NCBI GenBank assembly: GCA_951406725.2 | Contig: OX597833.1 | Coordinates: forward strand, 54,994,001-55,058,000 | Source: Octopus vulgaris | Lineage: Eukaryota | Reading direction: 5' to 3' | Length of the DNA stretch: 64,000 nucleotides | In this document: one piece after another, positions 62,896-64,000 of the stretch | How the letters are laid out: every line of letters begins with the position of its first letter | Position numbering within the stretch: position 1 is the first letter of the stretch | Position numbers and translations under genes: made by a program | Notes under the pieces: generated by a model | Seen by the model: the letters and a program-made list of their open reading frames with translations, nothing else | Databases searched by the model: none | Told to the model about the DNA's origin: nothing

Positions 62896-63557
62896 TATTT
62901 ATTGCCCACAAGGGGCTAAACATAGAGGGGACAAGCAAGGACAAACAAAGGGATTAAGTCTATTACATCGACCCCAGTGCGTAACTGGTACTTAATTTAT
63001 CGACCCTGAAAGGATGAAAGGCAAAGTTGACCTCGGCGAAATTTGAACTCAGAACGTAACTGCAGACAAAATACTTATTTCTTTACTACCCACAAGGGGC
63101 TAAACACAGAGAGGACAAACAAGGACAGACAAACGGATTAAGTCGATTATATCGACCCCAATGCGTAACTGGTACTTATTTAATCGACCCCAAAAGGATG
63201 AAAGGCAAAGTTGACCTCGGCGGAATTTGAACTCAGAACGTAGGAGCAGACGACATACCGTTAAGTATTTTGACCAGCGTGTTAATGTTTTGCCAGCTTG
63301 CCACCTTAAAAACACAGAAATATATCTATTTCCTTATTGCCCACAGGGGACTAAACATAGAGGGGACATACAAGGACAGACAAAGGGATTAAGTCGATTA
63401 CATCGACTTCAGTGCATAACTGGTACTTAATTTATTGACCCCAAAAGGATGATAGGCAAAGTCGACCTCGGCAGAATTTGAACTCAGAACATAACGGCTG
63501 ACGAAATACGGCTACGCATTTCGCTCGGCTTGCTAACATTTCTGCCAGCTTGCCGCT
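62896..63557 (-). mobile_element. SINE family B cluster: dimer (62896-63306) plus monomer (63327-63557)
   Basis: Three B bodies and two heads. The dimer junction reads AGAAATAAGTATTTTGTCTG. Confidence 0.9.
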
Positions 63558-64000
63558 TCGTATATTTGTACCTCAGTGTCACTTTGATAGTGTGTGCTAC
63601 TTTCAATAATAAACAATAATGATAATTTTATTTTAAAAAAAAAAAAAAACAAGTCCTAAAGAACCGAAAGTAATGTTCTTTGTCTCGAGGTATAAATGGC
63701 AATTTCAGTGTCAGAAGTGAAATTCTTTTGGGTCAGTAACACATTAACTACATCACTCAATCATTTTCAATGTTGAACTTTCTGGTTCTTTGATTGTATC
63801 GGATAAATTCTTCTGACGAGTAAATAATTAAGCCATTAATTGCAGTCAATTTCTTACACAGTACCTTTGCTAATTAGTTCATACTTTGGATTCATTAGTG
63901 TAATAATATATCTTTGATGTCCTAATAAGAATAGCATTATATATGACTCAGGCACTAAACAAAGGTTGTTTGTTGGGCCAAGCTATTTTGGGATTGTTAT

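Overview
This is AT-rich eukaryotic (animal) genomic DNA, not a prokaryotic region. It is dominated by interspersed repeats and microsatellites. The repeat repertoire is what I associate with an Octopus (coleoid cephalopod) genome; that assignment is inference and was not checked against a database. There is no intact protein-coding gene, and nearly all ORFs in the supplied track are microsatellite or SINE artefacts. Supported content: three tRNA-derived SINE families (labelled A, B, D here); many copies of an (ATG)n-tailed element (C) that one long copy shows to be the 3' UTR of an RTE-like LINE; decayed CR1, RTE and RLE-endonuclease (R4/Dong-like) LINE fragments; a Tc1 transposase relic; hAT-type, TTAA (piggyBac-like) and 8-bp-TSD MITEs; Penelope-like remnants, one with a hammerhead-like motif; and several minisatellites. 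Weak evidence for a + strand host gene with long introns comes from a TATA/Inr/YY1-like promoter near 54.1-54.2 kb and isolated AG...GT exon candidates, the best at 55603-55750. The most interesting observations are one SINE head with three unrelated tails, SINE B multimers that share one junction, a visible SINE-LINE 3'-end partnership, and repeated local inverted duplications that could be dsRNA/ADAR substrates. I found nothing I can defend as a new multi-gene system.
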